Shown piece by piece: positions 19,168 through 29,267 of a stretch of DNA of 64,000 nucleotides (position 1 is the stretch's first letter; each line of letters starts with the position of its first letter). The notes under the pieces were generated by a model. The model was not told the origin of the DNA and searched no databases. It saw nothing but the letters and a program-made list of their open reading frames with translations. Position numbers and translations under genes: made by a program. Source of the DNA: Candidatus Omnitrophota bacterium (GTDB lineage: Bacteria > Omnitrophota > Omnitrophia > Omnitrophales > Aquincolibacteriaceae); the NCBI GenBank assembly GCA_043732705.1, contig JAYTHE010000026.1, positions 12,136 through 76,135 of the forward strand. Direction: 5' to 3'.

Positions 19168-19215
19168 AAAGCGCCTCGGCTTCAGCATTTTGAGGAAGCC
19201 GAGGCGCTTTCTTTT
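19168..19215 (+). terminator. Rho-independent terminator
   Basis: AAAGCGCCTCGGCTTC / GAAGCCGAGGCGCTTT stem followed by a T-rich tail. Confidence 0.8.
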
Positions 19216-19359
19216 ACACGTGTTCAAGCTCCCGCCTATTTAGCCGTTAAAGATACGGGCTTCTGTCTTTTGAGCTGCATCGCTTTCAGTTTTAGAGCCT
19301 TTAAGGCCTAAAATAAAATGTCCATATTCGTTTAAATGAAGACAGAGCGAGGATATTGA

Positions 19360-20955
19360 ATGTTTGAACCTAAAACCTACTCGGTCGACCTGAAGCGCAA
19401 GATGAAGTCAAAACGTTGGAAACTTTTGCGTTCGATGACTCGCATTGAGGATCTTGCCCGTTATATGCCTAACGTGAAGTCTTGCAAGGTAGTGGGCCGC
19501 GAGCCTGATGGGGTGGTGACCGCATGGTCCATTGAAATCGAAGGTATTCCTGTGAGTTGGAAGCAGCGGGAAATATTTGATCTTAAAAATTTCCAGGTTT
19601 CTTTTCAAGCGACCGAAGGTGATTTGCAAGATTTCGCGGGTTATTGGAAGTTATCGAAAGAATCGGATGATGTGACGGAAGTTCACCTGCATCTTCAGGT
19701 TAAAGTCGGCATTCCTCAGGTTGAAGAAATTATCGGCGAGATGATCGTCCAGAAAATAAAAAAAAATTTCTCGCAAATGCTGGATGTCATCGAAGAAACG
19801 ATTGTTTTTGAGCGTTATAAAAACTTAACGGACCGGCAAGCGAGCGACGTGCACGGTTTTGCGGTTATTTGCCACCCTTATAATTACAACCATTTAGTCC
19901 GCTACCTTCAATCGTTTAATCCCGAACTGAAGCTGCCATCGCGTGAATTTCTTTCAAAAATATTTGAAATGACACCTTCTTATGCTTCTTATGAGGTGAA
20001 AGAGTTTCGGTCGAAAACGGGCAAGGTGACGCGCGGCTATTTTATTATGTGCCCGATTTTGCCGGATATGATTGAAAATAATCTCGAGATGGTTATGAAA
20101 AAAGTGGTGGAAGCCTGCCGCGTTGCCGAAAAGCTTGGCCTTGGAATTTTGACGTTGGGCGGATTTACCTCGATTGCGGCCGAAAAACATCATCGTGGTT
20201 TGCCTGGTATGGTAAATATTCCCGTGACGACAGGCAATACTTTTACGGCCGTGCTAGCCGTGGAAGGCGTTAAAAAAGCCGCGCAAATCATGTGTCATGA
20301 TTTAACGAAATGCAATGTCGCGATTATCGGCGGTGCGGGCGATATCGGAAGCGCTTGCGCGCGCGCATTATCCCGTATCGTAAAGAAGATCACGATTACC
20401 GGGCGCAATCCCAAAAATTTGATCGAGGTGAAGCGCAGTTTAGAAAATTATGGCCGTGCCAAAATTGAAATTACGCATGACAACCGGAAAGCAGTTGCTG
20501 ACGCGGAAATTGTGATCGCGGCAGCCAGTTCCACCCATTCAATCGTGGAAATTTCCGATTTTAAACAGGGCGCGGTTGTTTGTGATATCGGCTATCCTAA
20601 AAATATTTCGCATGCCGATTGTGACCGCGATGATTTGTTGATTTTCTCAGGCGGCATTTGCGCGATTCCAGATGAATTTGACTTTGGATTTGACGTGGGG
20701 CTGCCATCTAAGAAAACGATGTATGGCTGTTTCTCCGAAGCAATTTTGCTCGATTTAGAGGAGCGTTATGAAAATTACTCCTGGGGAAAAGGGCATATTA
20801 CCGAAGAGCGGATGAGTTATCTCTGGGAAATTGCCAAGAAACACGGGTTTGGATTAGCGCCCTTCTTTTGGGGTAGTCAAATGTTGAGTGAGAAAGAACT
20901 GCAGGCCTTACACGAGCGGCGAAAGCGTATTTTATTTGACCTCGATCATGCCTGA
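19360..20955 (+). CDS. SRPBCC/START-domain fused to a long-chain acyl-ACP reductase (aldehyde-forming)-like enzyme
   Basis: N-terminal cyclase/START pattern (YMPNVKSC, EGDLQDFAGYW). C-terminal motifs match cyanobacterial AAR: LGGFTSI, TTGNTFTA, GGAGDIGSA, GYPKN, GCFSEA (Cys retained), NYSWGK, KHGF. Confidence 0.85.
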   Translation: MFEPKTYSVDLKRKMKSKRWKLLRSMTRIEDLARYMPNVKSCKVVGREPDGVVTAWSIEIEGIPVSWKQREIFDLKNFQVSFQATEGDLQDFAGYWKLSKESDDVTEVHLHLQVKVGIPQVEEIIGEMIVQKIKKNFSQMLDVIEETIVFERYKNLTDRQASDVHGFAVICHPYNYNHLVRYLQSFNPELKLPSREFLSKIFEMTPSYASYEVKEFRSKTGKVTRGYFIMCPILPDMIENNLEMVMKKVVEACRVAEKLGLGILTLGGFTSIAAEKHHRGLPGMVNIPVTTGNTFTAVLAVEGVKKAAQIMCHDLTKCNVAIIGGAGDIGSACARALSRIVKKITITGRNPKNLIEVKRSLENYGRAKIEITHDNRKAVADAEIVIAAASSTHSIVEISDFKQGAVVCDIGYPKNISHADCDRDDLLIFSGGICAIPDEFDFGFDVGLPSKKTMYGCFSEAILLDLEERYENYSWGKGHITEERMSYLWEIAKKHGFGLAPFFWGSQMLSEKELQALHERRKRILFDLDHA

Positions 20956-23131
20956 TTTGTTTGATCTTAGTTTTCGTTCCAACTCCTACGCATGGCCCGT
21001 CTTTTTTATCGCGGCATTTATTCCGCTGGCCGGCATTTATATCTATAAACAAAACTACAAGTCCGCATCGAACCGCGCGTTCTTTTTTTTATGCATCGCG
21101 ATTTTCTTTTGGATGATCGGACAGGCTGGTGTTTTTTGCGCCACCAAAGAAGCTCAGGCGATTGCGCTTTACCGCACCGTTGCTTTTTTAGGAGTCAGTT
21201 GGATTGGAACACTAGTTTATTATTTCTCAGTGGTCTGGCTCGGCCTTTCTGAAAAATCACGTCTCCAGGTAAGGCTGGGCTTTATCGGTTCGGTTGTTTT
21301 CTACGCGGCGGGCCTTTTCAGTTCATGGAGTTTTCCGGGAGTCCGCACTTATTATTGGGGCTATTATCCGATTTATGGGCCGCTCAATTGGCTGTTTTTA
21401 TGCTTCTTTTTCTTTTATTTTTTTGCGGCTTTTTTTAATTTCGTCAAAGCGCTTAAAACAGAAACCAACCGCCAGCGTATTGCGCAGATTCAATTGATCA
21501 ACATTGCATTTATTATTTCTTTTTTTTCCTCGCTCGACTACGTTCCCAAGCTGATTTCATTTTCACTTTATCCGTTGGGATTTTTATACGTCTTTGTCTG
21601 GATCATGATCGTGGCTTACGCCATCATTAAATATCACGCAATGGACATTGAAACCGTCATTCATAAAACGGCGATGTGGGCCGCGACACTCGCCGTAGCC
21701 TTGGTGCCGTTCGTTGCGGTTATTTTCTTTACACATGAACGCATGAGAAACTTAGGTCATGTGACGGCGTCGATTCTTTTTTCATTTTTTGCGATTCTGT
21801 TTTATTTTTATTTCAGCAAAGTGAAGCCTCTGCTTGATAAGTTTTTTCAGAAACGGCGCTCGGATTTAAGCAGCGAGTTCGAACGTTTCTCAAGAGACAT
21901 GGTTTTTTTGACCGATTTACGCAGTTTGCTTCAGCGTTTTGCGCGTTTACTGCGCCGCAGCTTATATGCCCGCGATTTATCAATTTATCTTTTTGATGAA
22001 GAGCATGACCAATATGTGCCTGTGATTGCAAAACGAATTCGTAATTTAAAGCCGATCCCCAACAGCCAGGTATTTCTATTGTGGCTCTCCAAGGAAGCGC
22101 GAGTGGCTGGTCTTCAAAAGCTCAAGCAAAACCCTGAGAATGAAAAAATGTTAGTAGAGATCAACGCTTTTTTTGAATCGTTGCGTGCCATGGTCATGAT
22201 GCCTTTGATGGTGGGCGATAGGATGATTGGCTTTGTGTCGCTTGGCAAACGTATGAATTTACAAAAATATAAGCATGATGATATTCAGTTTTTAACCCAG
22301 CTTGCGGTTCCTGTCAGTATTGCGCTTTCGAATACCATGCAATATGAAAAAGTTCAGGAAATGACCGAAGAACTTTTAAAATGGAATGAAGATCTTGAAA
22401 AACGCGTTGAAGAGCGTACGCGTGAATTGCGTGAGACCCAGGAACAGTTAATTCAAGCCGAAAAAATGGCGACGCTCGGTATTTTGGCGGGAGGCGTCGC
22501 GCATGAAATTAATAATCCGCTGACAGCTGTTTTGACCAATGCGCAGATTTTGAAAATGGGCGCCAATCCCGATGACGTGGAATCTTTGGGAATGATTGAG
22601 GAGGGCGCTAAACGTTGTCAAATTATTGTTCAAAAACTGCTCAATTATTCCCGTACGGCGATAACGGAAGTTTCCGGCCAGAAAACAGATTTGAATAAAG
22701 CGATCAAAAATACCATCGCGATGCTTGCGTATCAAATCAAGCAGGAGAATGTTGAAATTGAATTCCATTCTGAAGAATTGCCGCCTGTTGCTGCCGTGCA
22801 AAATGAAATCGAGCAAGTTTTTACAAACTTAATTGTAAATGCCCGTGATGCCATCGCGGAGACAGGAAGAAAAGACGGTAAAATTCAAATTCGGACATTT
22901 GTGCAGAATAAGAAAGTTTGCGCCGAAGTGCGTGACAATGGCTGCGGTATTTCCAAGGAGATTGTCGGGAAAATCTTCGATCCTTTCTTTACTACCAAAG
23001 ATGTCGGCGAAGGCACCGGCCTCGGCCTTTCTGTGACGCAAGGTATCATTACGCGTTATAGCGGAGAAATCACCGTACAATCCGAAACCGGCAAAGGCGC
23101 TGCTTTCACTATTGCTTTCACTGCGACGTGA
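20948..23131 (+). CDS. Sensor histidine kinase (7TM-type N-terminus, GAF, HisKA, HATPase)
   Basis: Multi-TM N-terminus; AHEINNPL; [31 protein letters not shown] overlaps the end of the reductase gene. Confidence 0.92.
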   Translation: MPDLFDLSFRSNSYAWPVFFIAAFIPLAGIYIYKQNYKSASNRAFFFLCIAIFFWMIGQAGVFCATKEAQAIALYRTVAFLGVSWIGTLVYYFSVVWLGLSEKSRLQVRLGFIGSVVFYAAGLFSSWSFPGVRTYYWGYYPIYGPLNWLFLCFFFFYFFAAFFNFVKALKTETNRQRIAQIQLINIAFIISFFSSLDYVPKLISFSLYPLGFLYVFVWIMIVAYAIIKYHAMDIETVIHKTAMWAATLAVALVPFVAVIFFTHERMRNLGHVTASILFSFFAILFYFYFSKVKPLLDKFFQKRRSDLSSEFERFSRDMVFLTDLRSLLQRFARLLRRSLYARDLSIYLFDEEHDQYVPVIAKRIRNLKPIPNSQVFLLWLSKEARVAGLQKLKQNPENEKMLVEINAFFESLRAMVMMPLMVGDRMIGFVSLGKRMNLQKYKHDDIQFLTQLAVPVSIALSNTMQYEKVQEMTEELLKWNEDLEKRVEERTRELRETQEQLIQAEKMATLGILAGGVAHEINNPLTAVLTNAQILKMGANPDDVESLGMIEEGAKRCQIIVQKLLNYSRTAITEVSGQKTDLNKAIKNTIAMLAYQIKQENVEIEFHSEELPPVAAVQNEIEQVFTNLIVNARDAIAETGRKDGKIQIRTFVQNKKVCAEVRDNGCGISKEIVGKIFDPFFTTKDVGEGTGLGLSVTQGIITRYSGEITVQSETGKGAAFTIAFTAT

Positions 23132-23163
23132 CATGATTGACCACATGTTTTTATCTTCAGTCT

Positions 23164-23190
23164 GTCATTCTCGCGCAGGCGGGAATCCAG
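23164..23190. repeat. Single ATTCCC-N8-GGGAAT family repeat (variant)
   Basis: GTCATTCTCGCGCAGGCGGGAATCCAG. Confidence 0.85.
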
Positions 23191-23203
23191 GAGTTTTTAA
23201 CGA

Positions 23204-24607
23204 ATGAATTTGTACGCGTTAAGTGTGACTTGCTTTGGAATCACATCTCTTTTGATAGGACTTTTGGTTTGGATTAAGCTTGAGTCAAAGGTCGGATTTT
23301 ATTATTTTTTATTTTCGGCTTTTGCAGGGTTGTGGGGAATGTTTGAAGGACAGCAGTTTTCTAACAATTTTGATTACTCGACATCCGTTTTCTTTGCTAA
23401 GTGCTCAAATGTTTCGGCGATTTTTATCGGACCATTCTGGTATCACTTCGCCTTGGCTTTTGAACGAAAAGAATATTCTTTATCTCAGAAAGCGACACTT
23501 TTTATTTTTTACTTGGCTGCGATTTTTATTTGTTCGTTTTCTTCATCACGTTTATTTGTTGCAGGTGTTCACGAAATAGTTGGAATTAAGTACTACACGA
23601 AGCCTGGTCCTATATGGCATATTTTCACTGTTTTGTTTTTTGCATCTATTCCATTTGGTTTCAAAGAACTGTTCCGACATTTAAGTAAATTAGCGGGAAA
23701 AGAGCGGGGACAATGTTGGTGGTTAATTTGTACAACGGGCGTTGGTTTCTTGGGCGGCGCTTTAACTTTTCCACCTGCTTATGGGATTCCATTACCTCAA
23801 TATGGTTTGTTGATCATGCCGCTTTACCCTTTGTTTATGGCTATCTCGATGATGAAATATGGATTGCTTACCGAAGAGAATTTAATTTTAGCGGCACACA
23901 AAGATAAGCTTGCTGCGCTGGGAGTTTTAACCGCAAGCATGAACCATGAAATCCGCAGCCCTTTATTTTTAATGCGAGGCATGATTGAAATCGAAGGCAA
24001 AGGCTCTCCATTAGGGATTAAGCTATTGAATCAAATCAATCGCGTAACAGATATCGTTGCTCGTTTAACACATTTTGCAAAAAAGGGTGTGGAAGAAACT
24101 GCACAAATTGAGCCTCTTAACTTGAATGAAGTTTTAGAAGATATTCGTCCTTTATTTCAGCATCAGCTCAATTATCAGCATATCGAATACAATCAAGAGG
24201 TTCCCAAAGACTTACCCAAAGTGATGGCCGATAGGCGCTATCTCGAAGAAATTTTATTTAATCTTATTTTGAATGCCTGCCAAGCTCTCCAGAATACGTC
24301 GCAACCAACAATTGAATTGTCAGCGCGTATTCTTGAAGACCAACGACTATCGACTAGCGACCATAGACTCGCTTCTCGGTCCTCCGGCCTTGGGTCTACG
24401 ATCGTTGTCACGATCGTAGACAATGGCCCTGGCTTTACAGACAAGCAACGCAAAAATGTTTTTAAGCCCTTTTACACCACTAAAGAAGAGGGAACGGGCC
24501 TTGGTCTTTATATCACCAAACAACTTGTTGAAAAATGCGGTGGGAAAATTGAAATTAGATCTAGTGCCGCTAATGGGACACAATTTGTTGTAAAGCTGTT
24601 GCTTTAG
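23204..24607 (+). CDS. Sensor histidine kinase (7TM-type N-terminus, HisKA, HATPase; no GAF)
   Basis: Multi-TM N-terminus; NHEIRSPL; NLILNACQA, DNGPG, FKPFYTTK, GTGLGL. Confidence 0.9.
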   Translation: MNLYALSVTCFGITSLLIGLLVWIKLESKVGFYYFLFSAFAGLWGMFEGQQFSNNFDYSTSVFFAKCSNVSAIFIGPFWYHFALAFERKEYSLSQKATLFIFYLAAIFICSFSSSRLFVAGVHEIVGIKYYTKPGPIWHIFTVLFFASIPFGFKELFRHLSKLAGKERGQCWWLICTTGVGFLGGALTFPPAYGIPLPQYGLLIMPLYPLFMAISMMKYGLLTEENLILAAHKDKLAALGVLTASMNHEIRSPLFLMRGMIEIEGKGSPLGIKLLNQINRVTDIVARLTHFAKKGVEETAQIEPLNLNEVLEDIRPLFQHQLNYQHIEYNQEVPKDLPKVMADRRYLEEILFNLILNACQALQNTSQPTIELSARILEDQRLSTSDHRLASRSSGLGSTIVVTIVDNGPGFTDKQRKNVFKPFYTTKEEGTGLGLYITKQLVEKCGGKIEIRSSAANGTQFVVKLLL

Positions 24608-24709
24608 GGTGACTAGCTAGACGCCTTTAAAAAGACCTTCTGGGATCATTTGAGGCTCTTTAGTTTCCCGTTAATTATTCCGATACATATATGTAAAAAA
24701 GAGGTGAAA

Positions 24710-25087
24710 ATGGACAAGAAAATTGTTGTTGTCGATGATGAAGAGATACTGGTTAGATCATTTTCTAAGTTGCTGGAGAAGCATGGTTATGAAGTATTTG
24801 GATTTAAAAAAGGGTCAGATGCAATAGCTTTTAGCGAGGAAGAAGATATTGACCTAATAATATGTGATATTCGCATGCCTGGTAAAAATGGAGTGGAAAC
24901 AATACAAGATATATTTAACCATCTAATTAAAGATAAAAAAAAATTAATGCCAGTTATTTTTGCTACAGGATATGCAGACAAGGAAATAGAAAAAGCGGCT
25001 GAAAATCTTAAGCCAGTAGCAATTTTAAGGAAACCATTTGACATCAATCATCTTCTCGAAATAGTGCAACGGACACTGAGTAAATGA
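24710..25087 (+). CDS. Single-domain response regulator
   Basis: VVVDDE, ICDIRMPG, ATGYA, KPF; start at ATG 24710 after GAGGTG. Confidence 0.9.
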   Translation: MDKKIVVVDDEEILVRSFSKLLEKHGYEVFGFKKGSDAIAFSEEEDIDLIICDIRMPGKNGVETIQDIFNHLIKDKKKLMPVIFATGYADKEIEKAAENLKPVAILRKPFDINHLLEIVQRTLSK

Positions 25088-26109
25088 TCAAATTTATAAA
25101 AGAATTTAAACCGGAAACCTCGCTTCGAAAAAGGCTAAAGGCGTACTTACAGCGCGTTAACCAAATAGAGGTGGAGCTTGATAATAAACCAGCTGAGTGG
25201 GGCCGTTATCAGAGCGAGTTCAATCAGGAAGTTAACTCCGTATTTCGCGATTTAATGATTTTTGAGAAAGAAAATGTCATAGGGGGGAAAGAGCAGCTTG
25301 TTTATAAGCTAAAGAGATTTTTTACTGAAAACCTGAGAGATGTTTTTGTTAGAGGGAAATGTCTCAAGCAAAGCCTTCATAAGCCCTATGGATATGCGGG
25401 CGACTTTGAAATTATTAATGACATATATCTTAATGAGCCACAGACGAAGGGGATTGAATTACTTTACGATAATTACTTTCAGATGTCCGCAATTTGTCAT
25501 GCTGTTCGTAATCGTAAGAAAGATTTTCAGAATTTTTTTATTAATAAAGCAAAAAGCAAAGTTGGACGGAATGTGAATGTGCTAGATTTGGCATCAGGTC
25601 CGTGCCGAGATGTCTACGAGGTAATGAGTGGACCATTAAAGAATAATAATGACGTTAGATTATTTTGCTTTGACGCGGATGAGAATGCTGTTGCTTTTGG
25701 ATCTAAGCTCTTTGAAGGAGATCAAAGGGTGGAATTTAGAAAGTACAATGCGGTAAGGATCGCATTAATGAAAAATATAAAAGAGGTGGTTCCTGAAAGA
25801 TTTGATTTAATTTTTTCCACGGGGTTATTTGATTATTTAGATGATAAAATTACTGTTAGGTTGATAAAAAATTTAGGCAAGCTGCTGAAGCCAGATGGCA
25901 TTTTAGCTATATCGGATGTTCGCGATAAATTTAGCAACCCATCGATTTATTTTATGGAGTGGGTAGCTGATTGGAACCTGATTTATCGGGGAGATGATGA
26001 GTTTAGAGAGCTTTTTGGTGAGGCTGGCTATAAAAAAGAAAATCTCGAATTCCGTTATGAGCAACAAGGAATGTTTCAGTATGTATTGGCGAGTGGACCT
26101 CTTCCCTAA
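25084..26109 (+). CDS. Class I SAM-dependent methyltransferase, PhcB-like
   Basis: KPYGYAGDF, AVRNR, VLDLASGP, FDLIFSTGLFDYL, MEWVADWNLIYR; this motif set resembles the Ralstonia PhcB family. Confidence 0.8.
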   Translation: MIKFIKEFKPETSLRKRLKAYLQRVNQIEVELDNKPAEWGRYQSEFNQEVNSVFRDLMIFEKENVIGGKEQLVYKLKRFFTENLRDVFVRGKCLKQSLHKPYGYAGDFEIINDIYLNEPQTKGIELLYDNYFQMSAICHAVRNRKKDFQNFFINKAKSKVGRNVNVLDLASGPCRDVYEVMSGPLKNNNDVRLFCFDADENAVAFGSKLFEGDQRVEFRKYNAVRIALMKNIKEVVPERFDLIFSTGLFDYLDDKITVRLIKNLGKLLKPDGILAISDVRDKFSNPSIYFMEWVADWNLIYRGDDEFRELFGEAGYKKENLEFRYEQQGMFQYVLASGPLP

Positions 26110-26123
26110 ATGAATGATTAAGC

Positions 26124-28427
26124 ATGATACAGATTTTTTGTGGATACTCTGGCTTAGTTAACTTTATTGTATGTATCGCTCTCTCAGTCTTCCTTTTTTT
26201 TGCCAATAGTAAAAGTAAAATAAATCGAAGCTTTTCTCTTTGGTCTGCCTGCGTAGCATGGTGGTCATTAGGCTATTTTGTTTGGCTATTTACTCCCAAT
26301 AAAGCTTCAGCCCTATTCTGGACGCGGTGCCTTATGGCAGGAGCTATCATTATCCCGTCCGCCTTTTTACATTTCGCTTTGATTTATGTTAAAAAAGACA
26401 TCCAACAAAAAAAACTTGTGTTTGGAGCTTATGCTTTTAGTTTTATTTATCTTATTTTAGATTTTACTAGCTACTTCATTAAAGACGTTGAGTCCCGGTA
26501 TTGGTTTCGTTTTTGGCCTGTTCCTGGAATTAGCTATCACTTGTTTCAGATATTTTTTATTTTAGCGGTAATTTATTCGCACTATTTGTTATTTAAAAAT
26601 GCAATTGATAGTAAGGTGGAAAGAGAAAAAAAACAATACATGTTGGTTGCTTTTGGAACTCTAGTTGCATTTTCTGGAGGAAGCACCAATTTCTTTATTT
26701 GGTATAACATACCTATTCCCCCCGTGCTGAATATATTAGTTGTTGGTTATGTTGTTTTGATTGCGCACGCCATACACTATTACAAGCTGTGGGATTTACA
26801 GCTGATTATACGAAGAACTGTGGTTTTTGCGGGGTTGTTAGCATTCGTTTTTGGTATATATTCAATGGCAACTATTTTTGTTCGTAATGTGTTAAACGAC
26901 TTTTTTTACATTCGTCCTTTTTGGTCAAACCTTGCTTCAATTTTTCTTATTGTGCTTGGTTACGATCCCATTCGAACCTTTCTTATTAACCTCACAGATA
27001 AACATCTATTTCAAAAAGGCTACGATTACCACAAGGTTTTGAAGGATGCTTCGCGGGGAATGGCAAAGATTGAAAGTCTTAAGCATTTGCTCGGTCTTGT
27101 GCTTCATTTTATCACCATGAAAATGCGTGTTGAAAATGTTGCGGTGCTTTCATTCGAAAACAGTGAGCGTTTATTTAGGTTGGTTGCATCGCGAGGTTAT
27201 CAAGGGAATGTCTCAAGAGTTTCTTTGAATACCGATCATCCTTTGATGGCCATGTTGCGTGAAACACGTGAAGCAATTCAATTGCATGAAGTGACGGATA
27301 AGCTTGAGAGTGCTGAAGAATCTGAATCTAGAGGAGATTTGAAAATTATCGGCGATGAAATGAAAATGCTGGGTGCAAAGTGCGCCATTCCAAGTTTCTT
27401 GGGCAATGATCTTAAAAATGTCCTTCTTATCGGGGACAAAAAATCTGGTGAGCCGCTCACATCGGAAGACATCAGCCTTTTGATGACATTAGCGCAGGAA
27501 GCCTCAATTGCGCTTGAAAATGCGCGTCTTTACGATGAAGCCATCAAGAAACAAAGGCAATTAGGGCAAATCAATGATCAGCTTGAGCACTCCAAAAAAA
27601 TGCTCGTGAATGCGCTATCTGAAGCGGAAGGCGCGAATAAGCAACTGCAAGATACGCAGGCGCAATTGATTCACGAACAAAAAATGGCGACGCTTGGACG
27701 TTTAGCCGCATCCGTCGGACATGAAGTCAATAATCCACTCACAATTTTATCGATGAATGTGTCGCGCGCAATTTTAAAATTCAGAAAAAATCCTGAATTG
27801 AAGGTGAGCGAGATTCTCGATGTATTCGACAAAATGGAAAAGAATATTGAGCGTATCAAGGCTGTTGTGAATACCCTCACCGGGCTTTTGAAGAAATCAG
27901 AAAAAGGGAAGTTTGAACCACTGTCGTTGAAGCTAATTTTGGAGGAAACTTTGCCGCTCGTTCAATTTCAAACTTATATGGATAACTTATCCGGAACTGA
28001 GGTGGAATTAAATGTGCCGGGCAGCGTTCCGCTGATTCGCGGCGATCTCGAGCGCTTGCAGGAAATTTTTCTTAATTTATTCATTAACGCCTATCATGCC
28101 ATGGCAAACAAACGCTTTCGGAAAATCCGTGTCGATGCTGAACTTGATCCTGAGGCCGCGGGAATGGTCGCGATTCATTTTACGGATAATGGCTCGGGTA
28201 TGAGTGAAGACACAATGAAGAAAGTGTTTAATTATGGCTACACCACGAAGCCTCCCGGAAAAGGTTCGGGACTTGGGCTTTATATGTGCAAATATATTGT
28301 CGAATTGCACGGTGGGACAATTCGAGTGAAGAGCAAGTTGGGCGAGGGCACAACCTTCACAGTGACTTTGCCGGTGTATCAAGAAGAACAAACGGCTGCA
28401 AGCGCGAGCCAGCAAAAGGCCGGATAA
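26124..28427 (+). CDS. Sensor histidine kinase (7TM-type N-terminus, GAF, HisKA, HATPase)
   Basis: Multi-TM N-terminus; GDKKSGE...ALENARLY; GHEVNNPL; DNGSG, YTTK, GSGLGL. Confidence 0.92.
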   Translation: MIQIFCGYSGLVNFIVCIALSVFLFFANSKSKINRSFSLWSACVAWWSLGYFVWLFTPNKASALFWTRCLMAGAIIIPSAFLHFALIYVKKDIQQKKLVFGAYAFSFIYLILDFTSYFIKDVESRYWFRFWPVPGISYHLFQIFFILAVIYSHYLLFKNAIDSKVEREKKQYMLVAFGTLVAFSGGSTNFFIWYNIPIPPVLNILVVGYVVLIAHAIHYYKLWDLQLIIRRTVVFAGLLAFVFGIYSMATIFVRNVLNDFFYIRPFWSNLASIFLIVLGYDPIRTFLINLTDKHLFQKGYDYHKVLKDASRGMAKIESLKHLLGLVLHFITMKMRVENVAVLSFENSERLFRLVASRGYQGNVSRVSLNTDHPLMAMLRETREAIQLHEVTDKLESAEESESRGDLKIIGDEMKMLGAKCAIPSFLGNDLKNVLLIGDKKSGEPLTSEDISLLMTLAQEASIALENARLYDEAIKKQRQLGQINDQLEHSKKMLVNALSEAEGANKQLQDTQAQLIHEQKMATLGRLAASVGHEVNNPLTILSMNVSRAILKFRKNPELKVSEILDVFDKMEKNIERIKAVVNTLTGLLKKSEKGKFEPLSLKLILEETLPLVQFQTYMDNLSGTEVELNVPGSVPLIRGDLERLQEIFLNLFINAYHAMANKRFRKIRVDAELDPEAAGMVAIHFTDNGSGMSEDTMKKVFNYGYTTKPPGKGSGLGLYMCKYIVELHGGTIRVKSKLGEGTTFTVTLPVYQEEQTAASASQQKAG

Positions 28428-28431
28428 AAGT

Positions 28432-28791
28432 ATGGGCAAGAAAATATTAATTGTGGATGATGAAGTCGGAATCGTGGATGAGATTCGCGATTTTCTTGTG
28501 GAAGAGGGTTATGAAGTTTTTACGGCGGATACAGTCAAGGCAGGTATTGCCGCTGTGACTTCTTTCCGGCCTGATTTATTGATTGTCGATATGAAATTGC
28601 CCGATGCTTCCGGAATTGAAGTGTTGCGCGTCTGCCGCGCTGAATTACCAAACACAAAAACAATGGTTGTGACGGGCTATGTCGATCAAAAGGTCATGGA
28701 TGAGGCCGAAAACCTGGGCCGCGATATGTTTTTACAAAAACCTTTTGACCTTGTCACATTGATCGAAGAAATTCAAAAGTTCCTTTCCTGA
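28432..28791 (+). CDS. Single-domain response regulator
   Basis: ILIVDDE, IVDMKLPD, VTGY, KPF. Confidence 0.92.
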   Translation: MGKKILIVDDEVGIVDEIRDFLVEEGYEVFTADTVKAGIAAVTSFRPDLLIVDMKLPDASGIEVLRVCRAELPNTKTMVVTGYVDQKVMDEAENLGRDMFLQKPFDLVTLIEEIQKFLS

Positions 28792-28860
28792 GACAAAAGA
28801 CTACAGGCTAAAGGTCGACGCACAATGACAAATTTTATTTGTCATTCGGAGAGGGCGGCT

Positions 28861-28926
28861 GTCATTCCCGCGAAGGCGGGAATCCAGTTTTTAATCTGAC
28901 TAGATTCCCGCCTTCGCGGGAATGAC
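28861..28926. repeat. Inverted doublet of the ATTCCC-N8-GGGAAT repeat upstream of the GIY-YIG gene
   Basis: GTCATTCCCGCGAAGGCGGGAATCCAG ... CTAGATTCCCGCCTTCGCGGGAATGAC. Confidence 0.95.
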
Positions 28927-28949
28927 AGAGTAGCAATTCTCATTAAAGC

Positions 28950-29267
28950 TTGGTTTACTTGAAAGAATATTTTGTTTATATTTTAGCAAGCAAGAGAAAT
29001 GGAACTCTTTATATTGGAGTTACCAATGATCTTGTGCGTAGGGTATATGAACACAAGCAGGGGTTGGTTGAGGGTTTTACGAAAGAATATGGAGTTGACC
29101 GGCTGGTCTATTTTGAACAAACGAATTCCGTTGAAGCAGCGATTTTACGTGAGAAGCAAGTTAAGAAATGGAATCGTCAGTGGAAATTAAGATTGATAGA
29201 AAATCAAAATCCAGAATGGGAAGATTTGTACAACAAGTTGACTGGATTCCCGCCTTCGCGGGAATGA
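28950..29267 (+). CDS. Small GIY-YIG nuclease (Ssn/SsnA-like)
   Basis: YFVYILASKRNGTLYIGVTNDLVRRVYEH...AILREKQVKKWNRQWKLRLIE..NPEWEDL. The stop codon lies inside a repeat copy; the start may be TTG 28959. Confidence 0.9.
   Translation: MVYLKEYFVYILASKRNGTLYIGVTNDLVRRVYEHKQGLVEGFTKEYGVDRLVYFEQTNSVEAAILREKQVKKWNRQWKLRLIENQNPEWEDLYNKLTGFPPSRE

Noticed and set aside
19360-20955. Alkane biosynthesis operon or type II PKS cluster
   Set aside because: No aldehyde-deformylating oxygenase, ketosynthase or ACP gene nearby; the neighbours are signalling genes.
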